Below, in pieces: positions 1-12,840 of a DNA stretch of 64,000 nt. Where the stretch lies: positions 85,684,001-85,748,000 of the forward strand of contig NC_042999.1 in assembly GCF_006345805.1 (NCBI RefSeq), given 5' to 3'. The notes beneath the pieces are model-generated. The model did no database searches. It was not told where the DNA came from and saw only the letters and a list, made by a program, of their open reading frames with translations. The stretch's first letter is position 1. Each line of letters starts with the position of its first letter. Source of the DNA: Octopus sinensis (lineage: Eukaryota). The position numbers and the translations under genes were made by a program.

Positions 1-1425
1 TTACAATATTAATCTATACAAAGAGTTGATGTGCCATAAACATCAAACAACTTTGGATAAGTTCTTCACCTCTTGAGAAGTTGTTGCTGATGCACTTTAA
101 TGACAGAAGATAGTGTCCCTTATCTTCCCAGTAACTCTCATTCCAACCCCTCACATGGTAGTCAACATCTTTTGTGGTAAGAATGTACACTATTATAATA
201 TGATTCTTATTTATTCCTTGATGTATTTCTTGTCAAATTTTTTTATGTATAAATATTGTACTGTGTATGTTTAAAAATTGTTTTTTCTATGCATAAAAGT
301 GGTTGTGTTGCTTGTTTAATTTTGTTTGTTTTAGTTCTTTTCTTTTTTTTTTCAAAAAAAAATTCCTTTGGAATGCATCTGACTATAACAAGAACAACAA
401 ATGGAAAATAATTTTGCACAACAGAATTTCGCATTATGGCAAGATTTTCAGGAACAGATTACTTCTGTAATATACACGATTATTGTATTTACTAACCTTA
501 AAAAGCACAAAGCAAATCTTCAAATTTCTTAGAAAATAAGTAGCATTCAAAAGCAACAGTCTAGTATCACTGAGTCAGCCGCTGATTAAGTTTCTAAAAT
601 GTGCAGCATGACTGTGTGGTTAAGAAGTTTACCTCCCAACCACATGGTTTCAAGATCTGTCCCACTGTTTGGCATCTTGTGCAAATGCCTTCTACTACTG
701 TTCTGGGCCAACCAAAGCCTAATTAGTAGATTTGGTTGATGGAAGCTAAAAGAAGCCATTCATAAATATGTGTGTGCATGTGCTTTCTTCTCTTAATATC
801 ATGTGGTAGTAAATAAGTGTCTCCATAATACAAATGATGTCATTTATTTCCAATCTTCTTGGGGAAATATTGCCATGCTTGGAAACTACTAAGAGCTGGC
901 TAGAGGAAGGGCATCTAGCCGCAGAAAATCTACCTCAGTGACTTCCTTCTAAGACTTGCAAGTATGGAAAAGACAATAATAAAATGATGATGACAGTGGT
1001 GATTTATCAAGTTTAGTTCATTTTAAGGGACTGGAAAATTCCTGAAGTGTGCCAATAATGTAAACTAAATAATCTGGATTTGGAAATGCTGCAATAGATT
1101 GATTTAGGTAACTTTGAGAATAGACTGTCTTTATAACATTATAGACACTTGGGTTATTCAAAAATGCTTTTCAATTAAAACTATTTTGAGATGCAACTAA
1201 TTGATTTACAAAGCAGCTCAAACTGGATGCAAAAATATCTCTATACCTGAGAGCTGAATAAGCAAACATTGAAAGCAATCCCTGTTAGTGACAGGAATAG
1301 CATGGGAAATAAAGATTTGAAACTCTAGAATCCCATTCCTGTAACTTTGTCTGTTTCAAAAACTTTGCAGTGGCAATATTAACAAGTATTTTCACTAACA
1401 TACACATATGTATCTTTGTTTCCAG

Positions 1426-1508
1426 TGACAAACTTTGTCAAGTCTAAATATAGTCTTAGTAACGAAACCAGTGCTGCAAGCTCTCAAAACAATCAAATAC
1501 AAGTGTAA
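1426..1508 (+). CDS. Possible terminal coding exon of an unidentified plus-strand gene (xTNFVKSKYSLSNETSAASSQNNQIQV*)
   Basis: CTAAC branch-point match at ~1395-1399, pyrimidine tract tatctttgtttccag, phase-1 frame open to TAA; the other two frames stop early. No homology recognised. Confidence 0.35.
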
Positions 1509-1802
1509 TATAAAGTATCTGTTACCAGTTGCATAGCAGCAAAAGTCTCACAGAAAATGTTCATTTTCCCATTCTTTGCTAGTTTTAAAAAATATTCATA
1601 TCCCTTGTTTCTTATTATTAATGTGTATTATAATTTGTAAATAATACTCTTTTTCTGTTGTCATGTTTAAAAACATTGATATTATTTTCTGTCTTGCTTA
1701 TTAAAGTACATATCTATTTATAAGTTATTCTTCAAGAGTCTTTTTAATGCCATTGACACTAATTGCTTAAACATGCTTCCTAAAATACTCTCCTTCCTTT
1801 TA

Positions 1803-2158
1803 ATTTCTCAGTGGTATTTTTGTTAAACAATAAACATCAAAATTTCTTTTTCCTGGAAAAAAGGCTTGTTTTTGTTATTTATTCATTTATTTTACTTTTT
1901 GAGTCACTTAATATAAATAAATTTCTCAGTGGTATTTTTGTTAGATAATAAACATCAAAACTTCTTTTTCCTGGAAAAAAGGCTTGTTTTTGTTATTTAT
2001 TCATTTATTTTACTTTTTGAGTCACTTAATATAAATAAATTTCTCAGTGGTATTTTTGTTAGATAATAAACATCAAAACTTCTTTTTCCTGGAAAAAAGG
2101 CTTGTTTTTGTTATTTATTCATTTATTTTACTTTTTGGGAGTCACTTAATATAAATAA
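1803..2158. repeat. Tandem triplication, 3 x 118 bp
   Basis: atttctcagtggtatttttg recurs at 1803, 1921 and 2039; the units are nearly identical. Confidence 0.95.
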
Positions 2159-2629
2159 AACATACATTCCTAAAACTGTCCCATTCAAATAATTCACGAT
2201 TTAATACTTGTCTAAACAGGCTTCTTTAAGAATGATTTCCAGAATTTCGTTCTATTTTGCCATAAAAATAAATAGATAAGAGTCTAGGTCAGACTCTTAT
2301 CTATTCACCCTAATGAATGAGGCTCTGGATTTTACCAATGTTTATTTGCTTCCATTACTGGCAGCAAATTTTTGATGAACTACATCTACAAGTATTACGA
2401 AATAACTCTGAGCCCTCAGAAACAGCCGTCAGACTTATAATACTTTCTCCCCTCTAATTCTTTGAGTCTATGTAATCTGAATAAGTTTGACTATTAAATG
2501 TATATATATATATATAAATATTTATACTTGATTGTTAATGATCTGAAAATTTTGAATCTACCTTCTCTTTTTACATGTATATATATTTTGTACATTAAAA
2601 CCCACGCTTGTATCTGTTTATTTGAATCA

Positions 2630-2630
2630 G

Positions 2631-2700
<70 letters not shown>

Positions 2701-2720
2701 ATATATATGATATATATATT
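2630..2720. repeat. Compound (TC)n(TA)n microsatellite
   Basis: Seen directly in the sequence. Confidence 0.95.
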
Positions 2721-2749
2721 TCTTTATTGATGATGATATATATATTTCT

Positions 2750-2985
2750 TTATTGCCCACAAGGGTCTAAACATAGAGGGGACAAACAAGGACAAACAAA
2801 GGGATTAAGTCGATTACATCAACCCCAGTGCGTAACTGGTACTCTGGTACTTATTTAATTGACCCTGAAAGGATGAAAGGCAAAGTCGACTTCAGCAGAG
2901 TTTGAACTCAGAATGTAACAGCAGACGAAATACCGCAAAGCATTTTGCCTGGCGTGCTAAGAATTCTGCCAACTCGTCACCCTCA
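2750..2985 (-). mobile_element. tRNA-derived SINE, family B (ggcggcgagctggcagaa head)
   Basis: Reverse-complement match to the copies at 4222, 3420 and 10345; B-box-like GAGTTCAAATTCC. Confidence 0.8.
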
Positions 2986-3417
2986 TATATATATACACCC
3001 ATGAGTGAGTGTGTGTGCATGCATACACATTTTTGTTTTTGTATTTGTCCCTTCTCTACTTGGTTTGCTTACTTTCCCATAACAGCAATAAGATACCGAT
3101 AGAATTAGTACTAGAGTCGATTTGCTTGACTAAATGATTAAAAGCAATGTTTCCACACAGCCTTTGCCCAATGACTGAAACAAATAAAAGAATAGAATAA
3201 TTACATGAATGTGTAATGAAGAAGTTGTCTTTGCAAGTACATGGTTTTAGGTTTGGTCCTCATGTGCAGCACAGCGAGAAAGTGTCTTCTAGCAGAGCAT
3301 CAAATCAATGAAAGCCTTGTGAGTGAAATTTGGCAAACAGAAACTACATAGATGTCTATCAGAGGGACTTTACTGCTTTTGAGTAGTATACTTAATGTAT
3401 CGTTGAGTTTAACTGTT

Positions 3418-3752
3418 TCTTTATTACCCACAGGGGGCTAAACATAGAGGGGACAAATAAGGACAGACAAATGGATTAAGTCGATTACATCGACCCCAGT
3501 GCATAACTGGTACTTAATTTATCGACCCTGAAAGGATGAAAGGCAAAGTCTACCTCGGCGGAATTTGAACTCAGAACGTAACGGCAGACAAAATACGGCT
3601 ACGCATTTCGCGCGGCATGATAACGATTCTGCCAGCTCACCGCCCTTGCTTAAAATCGACCTTGGCGGAATTTGAACTCAGAACGTAAAGATGGAGTAAA
3701 TGTCGCTAAGCATTTTGCCCTGCATGCTAACAATTCTACCAGCTCGCCGCCT
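3418..3752 (-). mobile_element. SINE family B copy plus an adjacent partial head copy
   Basis: Same body and head as the 4222 copy; the head segment is repeated at ~3655-3752. Confidence 0.8.
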
Positions 3753-4221
3753 TAGTATTGTTGAGGTTAACACACACTTCTGGTTCATGGATATATTTAA
3801 TGGAGTCAATACTGTTACAGATATTGATTGGATCAAGTCTCCTGCAGAGGATAGCTTTGTAGCAACTGCTGTTTACTCTTCTCGATAATCACACAAGTGG
3901 AACCTGTTGGTCAACTTAATTTGCTGTAAAGTTAGCTGGAGATACCATCACATAGTGTCAAGATGTTCCCCACTAAATGCTTTGTATCATGTATCTTGAA
4001 TAAATCAGTAGCCGACTGGACTTGGAATAGGAATGGCATTGTGAACAAACTCTCTTTGATGTTGAATGGATTATCACAACTCACACTATGGTCAGAACAA
4101 ACTTATTTTTCAGTCAATGTACACACTTATAAGGTGGTGGGCTGGCAGAAACATTAGCATGCCGGGAAAAAATGCTTAATGGTATTTTGTCTGTCTTAAT
4201 GCTTAATGATATTTCATTAGT

Positions 4222-4790
4222 GCGGCGAGCTGGCAGAATCGGTAGCATGCCGGGTGAAATGTCTAACGGTATTTTGTCTGCCGCTACATTCTGAGTTCAA
4301 ATTCCGCTGAGGTTGACTTCGCCTTTTGTCCTTTCGGGGTCGATAAATTAAGCACCAGTTATGCACTGGGGTCGATGTAATCGACTTAATCCATTTGTCT
4401 GTCCTTGTTTCTACCCCATCTGTGTTTAGCCCCTTGTGGGTAGTAAAGAAATAGGTATTTCATCTGCCGCTACGTTCTGAGTTCAAATTCCGCCAAGGTA
4501 GACTTTGCCTTTCATCCTTTCGGGGTCGATAAATTAAGTACCAGTTATGCACTGGGGTCGATATAATCAACTTAATCCGTTTGCCTGTCCTCTCTGTGTT
4601 TAGCCCCTTGTGGGTAGTAAAGAAATAGGTATTTCGTCTGCCGCTACATTTTGAGTTCAAATTCCGAGGTCAACTTTGCCTTTCATCTTTTCGGGGTTGA
4701 TAAATTAAGTACCAGTTGTGTACTGGGGTTGATTTAATCAATTGGCCCCTCCCTCAAAATTTCGGGCCTTGTGCCTAGAGAAGAAAAGAA
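4222..4790 (+). mobile_element. SINE family B with tandemly reiterated body (one head, three bodies)
   Basis: tctgccgctac...gagttcaaattccg restarts at ~4277, ~4462 and ~4637. Confidence 0.85.
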
Positions 4791-4924
4791 TGTACACACT
4801 TATAATTCTTTTTTAGTCTTACATGCAATATTTTGCTTAGTCATTGTGTCTGTACAATTTCTCTAGTGAACTACATTTTATAAATTTTTTTCCTAGCCAT
4901 TATTTCTGTTTTTATCTATTACTT

Positions 4925-5085
4925 GTTTCAGTCATTGGACTGTAATAATTGACCCCCATTACATATTTTTTAACTTTGATATTTATTCTATCAGTTTCTT
5001 TTGCCAAACCACTAAGTTACAAGGGCATAAACTAATCAACACTAAGTCAGGTGGTGGGAGGACAGACATAAACACAAAGACAAAC

Positions 5086-5118
<33 letters not shown>

Positions 5119-5270
5119 TGTATATAAATACAATGGCCTTCTTTCAGTTTCTGTCTACCAAATCTGCTCTCTCGGGTTTGGTTAGTGCAGAAATAAAGTA
5201 GACACTTGTCCAAAGTGCCGCACAGTGGGACTAAGTCCAAAACCATGTGGTTGGGAAGCAAACTTCTTAC
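4925..5270 (-). mobile_element. tRNA-derived SINE, family A
   Basis: Reverse complement of the family A consensus (ttcccaaccacatgg, gtagacagaaactgaaagaag) with an internal (TATG)n. Confidence 0.75.
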
Positions 5271-6125
5271 AGAATTAAATTGTTAGAACAAATATTCTTC
5301 TTTTTGCATCTTGCTATATAATATATATTGTCTGATGCAGGTATTTAGGCTTGACTAAACACACAGGCTTTTTTTACATTATCATAATGTAGTCGGTAAA
5401 ACTCCTATTTCTTGTCTCACATCATGTAGAGGAGTTCTATCTCCAATCCTCTTGCTTCCTCAGAAATTAGGTTGTAAAACCAACATTAATAACAAAGTCG
5501 TTTTTTGGCTTCCTGCCTTTCACTTACCAGTGTCAGAGACCCTGTAAAGCATCTTTAGTGTTGCTCTTCTTCTTCTGACTCAGCATAAAAAATATTCTTT
5601 GTCCAGAAACTTGCCAAGGAAGAAACTCTTAGATGCCTTTAAGCAGTTTATATACAATGTTAGTAAATTTGCTTGTATATATTCTTAAGGACTTCATATA
5701 GGACATTCCCATGCAAGTAAATAGACTGACCAGAAGACCAGTAAAAGTTACAAAATTACCAGTGGCTCTTTCAGTTCAGTAAAAGGCTACAACCATTGCA
5801 TTCACCTGATCTCAATAGTCTAATAGTTCATATACAAAGAAAATTTTCATGTTTATATTCTTCTCATTACATGTTACTAATATCTCACCAAATTTAGCTA
5901 GTATTCCTTCTCAGTTGCAAGTTTTACATAAAAAAAAAAAAAATGTTGGTTCTCCAGAGATTATTCATTAGGTGATTGTGATCTTGTATGCAAGTTTTTC
6001 TTTTTTTCCTATCAAATCTTCATATTCATTGAGCTTGCACATTTTATGGTTGAAAGTAAGTTATTTCATTTTTTGTGTGCAAATTGTTGCCTTTCTATTA
6101 TGACAAAAGTTAAATTTTTTTTTTA

Positions 6126-6227
6126 TTGCTGTCACTGAAACCTATAAAACCTTCATACAATTGCCGTCACTGGAACCTATAAAACCTTCGTACGGTTGCT
6201 GTAACTGGAACCTATAAAACCTACATA
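6126..6227. repeat. Minisatellite, 3 x 35 bp
   Basis: ttgcYgtMactgRaacctataaaacct at 6126, 6161 and 6196. Confidence 0.9.
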
Positions 6228-8186
6228 CACAATAGTAATATAGAAAAGATACAAACTGTTAACTGTTTGACAGTTCTCAATCATCTGTGATACTCAAACT
6301 TAGTAGAAACTGGCTTTTTATAATGCAGGTATAATGGCTTGATATATGAATGTGTCACTTTAATGAGTTTAACCTGTTGAGGTGGAATGGGATGACTTCA
6401 CCAATGTTGCAGATTCGCTGGTATGTTGTTATTGGTTTCTGTTTCAGCTGTGTGTTATTTCATAATGAACAGATGTGAATATAATTGAATATATTTATTG
6501 AACATATTTATATAAATTTCTGATGATTACTGGTAGACTATAATCAAGCTTCAGTGTAACAAATATACATAGTAATGATTAACAAGGTTTGAGATACAGC
6601 AAGGCACTGATCTGAGATTATGAAGAATTCCTTTCATTTCTAGCTCGATTCAGCAATGGAAAACTTGACATTGTTTGGCAATAGGGAAGGATATGTGTTC
6701 TCTGAAGCTCTCTCAGTTCAGTAAAAGGCTACATCTATTGCATTTACCTAATCTCAAAGATTTCAATATTCCAATAGTTCAAATACAAAGAAAATTTTCA
6801 AGTTTATATTCTTCTCATTACATGTTACTAATATCTCACCAAATTTAGCTAATATTCCTTTCTGCTGTTGTCCTTGGTAGGCTTTTGCCTTATTAGTAAG
6901 AAAAGCACAGGAAAAGGTCATGGAATATTTGATTAAGTTTATGCTATGGCATATTACTACTGCAAGCTGATTAGTTGATAATCAGGACAGATCACATGAC
7001 ATGCATGTTCTATGCATAGTACAGACCTGGCAACTGAAAAATATGAGTTTCAATTCTAGGTCTCACCACAAACCCTTCACACATTAACTTATGAATGGCT
7101 AGACTTACACTGAAAGGAATTCTAGTCATAAACATTCCATCTTAATTTCAGACATAGTGTATCTATGTCTACAAGATATATATCTTTCCTTTAAGATTCA
7201 AGTGAGATTTTGTTGAGTGTGTAACCATATAGAGGTTCTTTTATTGACTTGTGTGATAGCAAGTACACTGTTACTGTATAAAGTGTGATGTAATTAAACC
7301 TTGAGCGACTCAAATATTATAGTATGAATTGAACAGAGCTGTCATTGTAAGGCAGTATTACAGTCAGACAGCTAGCTTTCATTTCAAGAGATGAGAAATG
7401 AATGTAATATCAATAGAAAGTCAAAGGAGGAACAAGTTAGACATGATTGGAAACTTTGCTATCTTTACATTATTGCTATTACAATAAGTTAGCAAGTTTC
7501 TTGAAGATATGGCTCTATGAAAGCCATACTAATTGTCAGACTTCTCAGTTTCCTGTATGTCATCATTCTTAAGACATTTAGACTATATAACAAAAAATAT
7601 GGGGTTCCTGGGTATTCTCAAGAAATAAATTTTAATTTATAATTTAAAAATTTTTTTCTATGATTTAGAATTTTGAATATTAGAAAGCAAAAATGATTAA
7701 CAAAAATTTATTCTGTTAAAAAAAAAAATTAATGTAAAGTTGTTTAGAAAACTAACAATCTCCAGAAAAAGAAAGAAAATTTCTTTTTTAAATATTGAAA
7801 AAATAATTTCAATCATGTTGCAAATATAGTTTTAAATCCATGTGTTGCATGTTGTCATTTCAAAATGATTACATTTTTCTAACAAAGAGCCCTACCACAG
7901 ATAAGGCTCTTTCTGCTTTGATGGAATTTGAAAGAATATAACAAAGAGCAAAGTTCAACATCTAGTAATTTCAAAATATTTTTTGAATTAGATGACAGAA
8001 TGTACTACTGATTGCTTTCAAGAGATTTGTTAATGGAAATATTTAATCTCTGTTGATGGCATGGATGCCTCAGTTATGGGTTTGAATTTAGAACTGAAAA
8101 AAAAAATGGATTTTGATGACAAAAATAGAAATGAATAAAGAGCATCCAAAAATTAAAAATAGGATTATTTATATACATCATCTATT

Positions 8187-8785
8187 AGGTGTAGCTGTGT
8201 GGTAAGAAGTTTGCTTCCCAATCACATGATTCCAGGTTCAGTCCCATGGCATGGTACCTTGAACAAGGGTCTTCTACTATAACCCTGGGCTGACCAAAGC
8301 CTTGTGAGTGGATTTGGTAGAGCAGTGCTTTTCAAACTTATTGCTGGAGCGGAACCCCAAGGAAACATTCCACTGGCTTGAGGATCCCCTGTGCAATAAT
8401 TTAATAGTCTTATGCACACATATTTGCACAGGAGACTTAAAAATTACTGCCGATTTTAGCAGTTTTGTAACTTCTTGCGGAACCCCTGGACTGTGCTGGC
8501 GGAACCCTGGTTGAAAATCACTGTGGTAGAGAGAAATTGAATATATATATATTTATATATATATATATATAAGGTATTATGTTTGTTTGTGCCTGTCCCC
8601 CACTGCTGTGGGGCAACTGGCATTTGTTTATATCCTTGTAATTTAGTGGGTCAGTGTAAGAGAATAATAGAACTAATACTGGGTTTTAAAAAAAATAAGT
8701 ACTGGGCTCAATTTGTTCAAAGACCCTTTAATATAGTGCCCCAGTATGGCCACAATTCAATGACTGAAATAGATATATTGTTTTA
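8187..8785 (+). mobile_element. SINE family A interrupted by a hAT-type MITE
   Basis: Head gtagctgtgtggtaagaagtttgc; the body resumes after 8531. Confidence 0.8.
8323..8523. mobile_element. hAT-type MITE, 201 bp
   Basis: TIRs CAGTGCTTTTCAA / TTGAAAATCACTG (12/13). Perfect 8-bp TSD TGGTAGAG at 8315-8322 and 8524-8531. Confidence 0.92.
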
Positions 8786-9639
8786 CTCAAAAAGCAGATC
8801 TAATCCAAATACTTGCAAAAACAAACAAACAAACAAAACAACCGAGTCCACTAAGTGTATTGAAGGACCAGGTTGGGATGGGATGTTAAGTAAGCCATAG
8901 TAGTATTTGGACTCAGAATATTAAGAGCAAATACCATAATGCTCCTACCAGACTACCACCCCAGATTACTATTTTATTGATCCCTGAAAGATGAAAGCCC
9001 AAGTTGACATTGGTGGGATCTAAATTCAAAATTGAAGGAGATGAAAAATCTTACGTTGCTCTCTTAGACATTGTTGAATGTGATAGTATTTCTATTTTTT
9101 GAATAGTGTTTGAAGAGAAAAGATAAATAGAGAAAATATTTCAGTTCCAAAAAGTTGCTGACTTTCAAGTGAATAGTGCTCAATAGAACACTGCTTCCAC
9201 ATCTGGGACAGAGTTGTAGCTGCTGCACAATTTATCCAAAACTGATTAGCAAAGAGTCACTCATCAATGAACTAGGACCTGTTTTCTCACACTACCTTAT
9301 CAACTCCATCTCCATGCTACAATAGTTCAGCTTCTCTGAGCTGACTGGTTGGTGCTATCTCCACCCAATGCACTTTACTTCCCTTCACTTACCACTTATA
9401 CTTCCACTTCCACCCCCATCTGTCTGTCTGGTCTTGTACTAGCCTTCTACCAGAAGGTGTCAATCCTCTACAATTTCTTCTCAGATCATATTTTCTTCTC
9501 TTTTGCAGTTGTTGACTGGTAATTAATTTCAGTCTCAGAGAGACTGTGAAGGTCATGAATGCAACTCATTCCTCCTGACTAAACTATTAAAAGTATCCTA
9601 ATAACATCTTAGTTTTTTTTAACAATTTGCTTGCTCACT

Positions 9640-10005
9640 TTCATTTGTTTCAGTCATTTGACTGTGGCCATGCTGGAGCACTGCCTTTAGTCGAGCAAAT
9701 CGACCCCAGGACTTATTCTTTGTAAGCCTAGTACTTATTCTATTGGTCTCTTTTGCTGAACTGCTAAGTTACAGGGACGTACACACACCAGCATCGGTTG
9801 TCAGGCAATGTTGGGGGGACAAACACAGACACACACATATATATACATATATACGACGAGCTTCTTTCAGTTTCCATCTACCAAATCCACTCACAAAGCT
9901 TTGGTTGGCCCGAGTCTATAGTAGAAGACACTTACCCAAGGTGGCACGCAGTGGGACCGAACCTGGAACCATGTGGTTGGTAAGTAAGCTACTTATCACA
10001 CATCC
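9640..10005 (-). mobile_element. SINE family A, near full length
   Basis: Reverse complement of the 16530 and 32820 copies. Confidence 0.88.
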
Positions 10006-10344
10006 ACTCCTGAGCCATTCCCTGCTGATCAAAATAAATAAACAGAAAGAAAAACCCCTTTATTACAGGATCTAATTTCTCTGTATCAGTCTAAATTGTC
10101 TTGTATTAGATTAAAAAATTTATCCTTTCATAAAGTCTATTAGCTTTAATTTCTTTCATTACTTCTATATATAAGGTGCAGACATGGCTGTGTGGTAAGA
10201 AGTTTGCTTCCCAACCACATGGTACCTTATGCAAGTGTCTTCAAATAGAGCCTTGGACCATTCAAAGGCTTTGAGTGGATTTGGTGGATAGAAACTGAAA
10301 GAAGCCTGACGTGTTTCTATATCTGTGTGTGTGTGTGCATTCCT

Positions 10345-10554
10345 ATATCTTTACTACCCACAAGGGGCTAAATACAGAGGGGACAAACAAAGACAGACAA
10401 ACGAATTAATTTGATTATATCGAACCCCAGTGCGTAACTGGTACTTAATTTAAGTCTACCTCGGCGGAATTTGAACTCAGAACGTAACGGCAGACGAAAT
10501 ACGGCTACGCATTTCGCTCGGCGTGCTAACGTTTCTGCTAGCTCGCCGCCTTCA
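10345..10554 (-). mobile_element. SINE family B nested in a family A SINE (10174-10745)
   Basis: 17-bp TSD tgtgtgtgtgcattcct at 10328-10344 and 10555-10571. Confidence 0.88.
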
Positions 10555-11518
10555 TGTGTGTGTGCATTCCTGCTTGTCCTCCACCGCTGCTTGACAACTG
10601 GTGTTGGTGTGTTTACATTCTCATAATTTAGCTGTTCAGCAAAAACACAGATAAAAGTACTGGGCTTAAAAAGAAAGTAAGCAGTGGGGTCAATTCATTT
10701 GATTAAAATTATTCAAGGCCTAATGACTGAAACAAAAGATAAAAGATCATATTTGCTCCACTCCCAGCTGAAGGGCTTTTTGTCTTGCAAAGAGCACTGT
10801 GCTAGTGCCATGTAAAAAGCACCCGTGTTGGTTGGTGCCACATAAAAATTACCCATACTAGTACCATGTAAAAATTACCTGTGCTGGGCCATGTACAAAG
10901 CACATGGCACACTTTGTAAAGTGGTTGGCATTAGGAAGGGCATCCAGCCATAGTAACCATGCCAAATCATTCTGGAACCTAGTGCAGCTCTCCAGCTTTG
11001 GTCAAACTATTCAACCCATACCAGCATAGAAAACAGACATTAAATGAGGATGATGAAGTGATAATGTATAATAAAATCTATAATAAATGAATGATTTGGA
11101 TAATTAAATATCCCAATGAGATATTTTCTTCTTCACATTAATACTGCCTGCATCAATCTTAATCTCCTTATTCTAATTTTGTCCACTAATAGATACTGAT
11201 TGTTGAAGACACTGAAAGTAACTTTCCTTGTACCAAGGCAGCACTGGAAATAAAGTAATAACAATCTAATATGGAACAAAATAAAGCAGGTTTATTTTTA
11301 AATATTTGATTTCACTTTCAATAGATGACAGTATAAAAAGTTAGCAAAATGTTGGTATGAGTTTTCATACCTACAAAGAATATTAGCATAGCAGATAATC
11401 TGCATTAATTGAGGACATAATCACCACACTAGTTTCAATATTGGCGTTTTCATGGAAGGAAGATTTTGTCTATTCACAATGTTTGTTAGACAATTTTTTT
11501 CATAATTTTCTTTCTGTT

Positions 11519-11524
11519 TTTATT
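11519..11524 (-). promoter_or_regulatory. Candidate ADA polyadenylation signal AATAAA (a second candidate at 11291-11296)
   Basis: Hexamer ~150 nt downstream of the ADA stop. The context is AT-rich, so a chance occurrence is likely. Confidence 0.3.
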
Positions 11525-11672
11525 TTTAATTTTTAAATTTTTTTACAATTAATGAGAGTTCACCAGGATTAATATAATCACTTAAAATTTTAGTGTTTAC
11601 AACATTCAGTTTTCATTATAAATATCATTTAGTCAATTTGCTGCTTGTGATACAATTGAAGAAATATTTCAA

Positions 11673-11765
11673 TTAATAGTCTCCCGGATAAATTTTTTTA
11701 AGATGATTCAAAAGATCTTTCTGTTCAGCTTTTGGCAAAAAACTGGATCTTGCAGCATTAAAAAT
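11673..11765 (-). CDS. ADA: ADA terminal exon 9 (IFNAARSSFLPKAEQKDLLNHLKKIYPGDY*)
   Basis: ttttctag acceptor, 93 nt ending in TAA. NAARSSFLP motif typical of the ADA C-terminus. Confidence 0.94.
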   Translation of the reverse strand: MFNAARSSFLPKAEQKDLLNHLKKIYPGDY

Positions 11766-11861
11766 CTAGAAAATAAAAAATGGAAGTATTGTATTAATGA
11801 AACAGAACAAATCTGAATGGAATAACTGAAATGAAAAACTAATAATTCTGTTATTGGTTGT

Positions 11862-12840
11862 ATCATCATCATCACCATTGTTTAACGTCCGTTTTCCATG
11901 CTAGCATGGGTTGGAGTGTTTGACTGAGGTCTGGAGATGGTTTGACTGAGGTCTGCACCAGGCTCCAATCTCATCTGGCAATGTTTCTACAGCTGGATGC
12001 TCTTCTTAATGCCAACCACTTCGAGAGTATAGTGAGTGCTTTTTACATGTCACCAGCATAGGAGCCAGTCAGGTGGGCCTGGCATCAACCATGTTTGGAT
12101 AGTGCTTATTATGTGCCACCAGTACGGGAGCCAGTCAGGGGGTACTGGCATCGGGCATGTTTAGATGGTGCTTTTTATGTGCCACTGACATCGACCATGT
12201 TCGGATGATGCATTTTACATGCCACCAGAACGGGAGCCAGTCAGGAGGCACTGGCCACAGCTAAGATTTTGGTTTTATTTGACTCAACAGGTCTTCTCAA
12301 GCATATTATATCGCCCGACGCATCAAGGGTACTTTTAAATGGGCCAGACATGCAACACTGGCTGCAATCTCTCTTTAGTTGCCAGGTCTTCTCAATCACA
12401 GCATATCTCCAAAGGTCTCAGTCGTCTGTCATTGCCTCTGTGAGGCCCAATGTTCAAAGGTCATGCTTCACCTCATCCAATGTCTTCCTGGGTCTACCTC
12501 TTCCACAGGTTCCTTCCACAGTTAGGGTGTGGCACTTTCTCACACAGCTGTCCTCATCCATACATAACACATGACCATACCAGCTCAGTCATCTCTCTTG
12601 TACACCACATTTGATGCTTCTTATGTCCAACTTTACTTTCAGGGTGCTCACACACTGTTGTGTATGCACACCGACATTACACATCCAGGGGATTATACTA
12701 GCTTCATTTCTGTCAAGCCTACACATTGCTTCAGCAGTCGAGACCCATGTTTCACTGCTGTGTAGCTTGTCAGTTTGCACACATGCATCATACAGTCTAC
12801 CTTTCATCCTGTGTAAGAGGCCCTTAGTTGCCAGCAGAGG
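11862..12840 (-). mobile_element. Degenerate RTE LINE 3' fragment in the last ADA intron
   Basis: (GAT)n tail, acgttaaac terminus, and C-terminal ORF relic KGRLYDACV...SETW matching the RTE at 57214. Confidence 0.9.

Noticed and set aside
6329-6420. Plus-strand exon-like segment between cag and gtatgt
   Set aside because: No recognisable product and no supporting neighbouring exons.
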